From the NCBI GenBank assembly GCA_050261115.1, contig JBLNCY010000014.1:1-16688 (forward strand): 16,688 nucleotides of DNA, read 5' to 3'. This DNA is from Methanocella sp. (lineage in GTDB: Archaea > Thermoproteota > Bathyarchaeia > Bathyarchaeales > Bathycorpusculaceae). Below are positions 15,647-16,688 of this stretch, one piece after another. Positions within the stretch are counted from its first letter, which is position 1. Each line of letters begins with the position of its first letter. The notes under the pieces are model-generated. The model did not search any database. It was not told the DNA's origin and saw nothing but the letters and a program-made list of their open reading frames with translations. Both the position numbers and the translations under genes were made by a program.

Positions 15647-16213
15647 TTATGACTGCGCTGTCCTAGCAAGCTCTAAAGCCCAACTTCGAATCTCGGTCCA
15701 ATCACGCAAATCATAAACGCCAGGGGCAACCTCTGCAAAACCGCCGTTTTGAAGCTGAGACTTATAACCAAGTTCCATGCTCTTCCTTATGAGGAAATTC
15801 ATCTGGTTATAATCTACAACTCCTCCAAAGACTGCCGTCGCGATTGGTTTGATTTGGTATTTTTTGATTTTATCATCTATTCCAATTTTTTGTATTCTAT
15901 CAACTGCTTCGGTTCTTCCTGCTTTTTCCTCGACGGGTTTGAGTGAAGAAATGAACATTGCGGTTTTCTTGCTTGCGAGCTCATTGTGGTATTTTTTAAC
16001 AAAAGCTTCTACTTCGCTTCCCCAGTTACCCATCGACATACCGCTACCAACAACGATCAAACCATAATCGGTGATGTCTTTGATTTTCTCCTCTTTTGCA
16101 TTCACAACTTTAACCTCAAAGTTCGTTTCTTTTAGGGTTTTGGCAACTTCCTCAGCGGTGCTCTTGGTTGCGCCAAATCGGGTTGCATAAACAATTAGGA
16201 CTTTTTTACTCAT
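15647..16213 (-). CDS. Flavodoxin-domain protein (Flavodoxin_5 / HemG-like)
   Basis: KVLIVYATRFGATKSTAEEVA FMN-binding loop, YGLIVVGSG, AVFGGVVDY and YDLRDWTEIRSWA. Confidence 0.9.
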   Translation of the reverse strand: MSKKVLIVYATRFGATKSTAEEVAKTLKETNFEVKVVNAKEEKIKDITDYGLIVVGSGMSMGNWGSEVEAFVKKYHNELASKKTAMFISSLKPVEEKAGRTEAVDRIQKIGIDDKIKKYQIKPIATAVFGGVVDYNQMNFLIRKSMELGYKSQLQNGGFAEVAPGVYDLRDWTEIRSWALELARTAQS

Positions 16214-16688
16214 CTTTTTTCACCTTGTAGGTTTCTATAAAATAGTTAGTGTGACCTGACAAATCCTCCCAGTAGAGCTCCCCAAATGTCTTAGAGGTGC
16301 GGCCATATTGAACCAGGAAGTAATCAGTGAATGCATTCCAGAAGGGAGCCAGGAACACTTTGGAAATCATCTTTGGGTCGGCCTGCTTGATGAGGCCTTG
16401 ATGCATCATCATAGCCATTACTGATGCCCAGAAGGTTTCTCCTGCATTGATTAAATCTAGATAAGATTGTTTGATTTGGTCGTTGTGGTATAGTTCAATG
16501 TAGAATATTCTCAGTATTTTGACGGTTTTTTGGTCCGCTAGCCAGCGTGTAAAGATGTCTCCGCAGCCGGCTAAGAATCCGTCGACGCCTCTTGTTGCGA
16601 TGAGTTGTTCAGTGGTTTCTGGGCGGGTTGATATGGTGTACATTTTTGCTAGGGGGTATTGGATGATTTTTTGGAGGATTTCTTCTTT
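16206..16688 (-). CDS. TetR/AcrR-family transcriptional regulator (5'-truncated by window edge)
   Basis: The frame is open to the window end and begins KEEILQKIIQYPLAKM..., where KEEIL is the typical TetR helix-4 start. Helical C-terminal domain with QGLIKQADP. Overlaps the flavodoxin start by 8 bp. Confidence 0.75.
   Translation of the reverse strand, partial: KEEILQKIIQYPLAKMYTISTRPETTEQLIATRGVDGFLAGCGDIFTRWLADQKTVKILRIFYIELYHNDQIKQSYLDLINAGETFWASVMAMMMHQGLIKQADPKMISKVFLAPFWNAFTDYFLVQYGRTSKTFGELYWEDLSGHTNYFIETYKVKKDE

Noticed and set aside
15647-16213. Calling the flavodoxin hemG
   Set aside because: Family resemblance only; there is no heme biosynthesis context.
1-16688. CRISPR arrays, tRNA/rRNA genes, transposases, integrases
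   Set aside because: No repeat-spacer periodicity, cloverleaf or mobile-element motifs were noticed by eye.

Overview
Archaeal-looking window, most consistent with Bathyarchaeia. This is inferred from the gene repertoire (TrmB paralogues, a large PQQ-like beta-propeller surface protein, an orphan PAS histidine kinase) and from TATA/SD patterns. Left to right it contains: the 3' end of a TrmB-family regulator; a YgbA-like Cys-rich protein; an unknown polytopic membrane protein; a fluoride-riboswitch-controlled crcB(fluC)-DUF190 operon; an 835-aa secreted, C-terminally anchored beta-propeller protein divergent from a frameshifted TrmB gene; a membrane-anchored hypothetical protein; a decayed SRPBCC pseudogene; a PAS-PAS histidine kinase; a tightly coupled five-gene minus-strand operon; and, upstream of that operon, a TetR regulator (partial) and a flavodoxin. 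The operon encodes a pyruvyl-transferase-like protein, a reductase/acyl-CoA-ligase fusion, an ATC-hydrolase/V4R-like protein, a GMC oxidoreductase with an Fe-S-type motif, and a Cys-motif membrane protein. It is the best candidate for an undescribed system, probably an acyl activation/reduction and lipid or envelope modification pathway. The riboswitch shows a readable SD-sequestering expression platform. All calls come from reading motifs by eye; no database searches were run.
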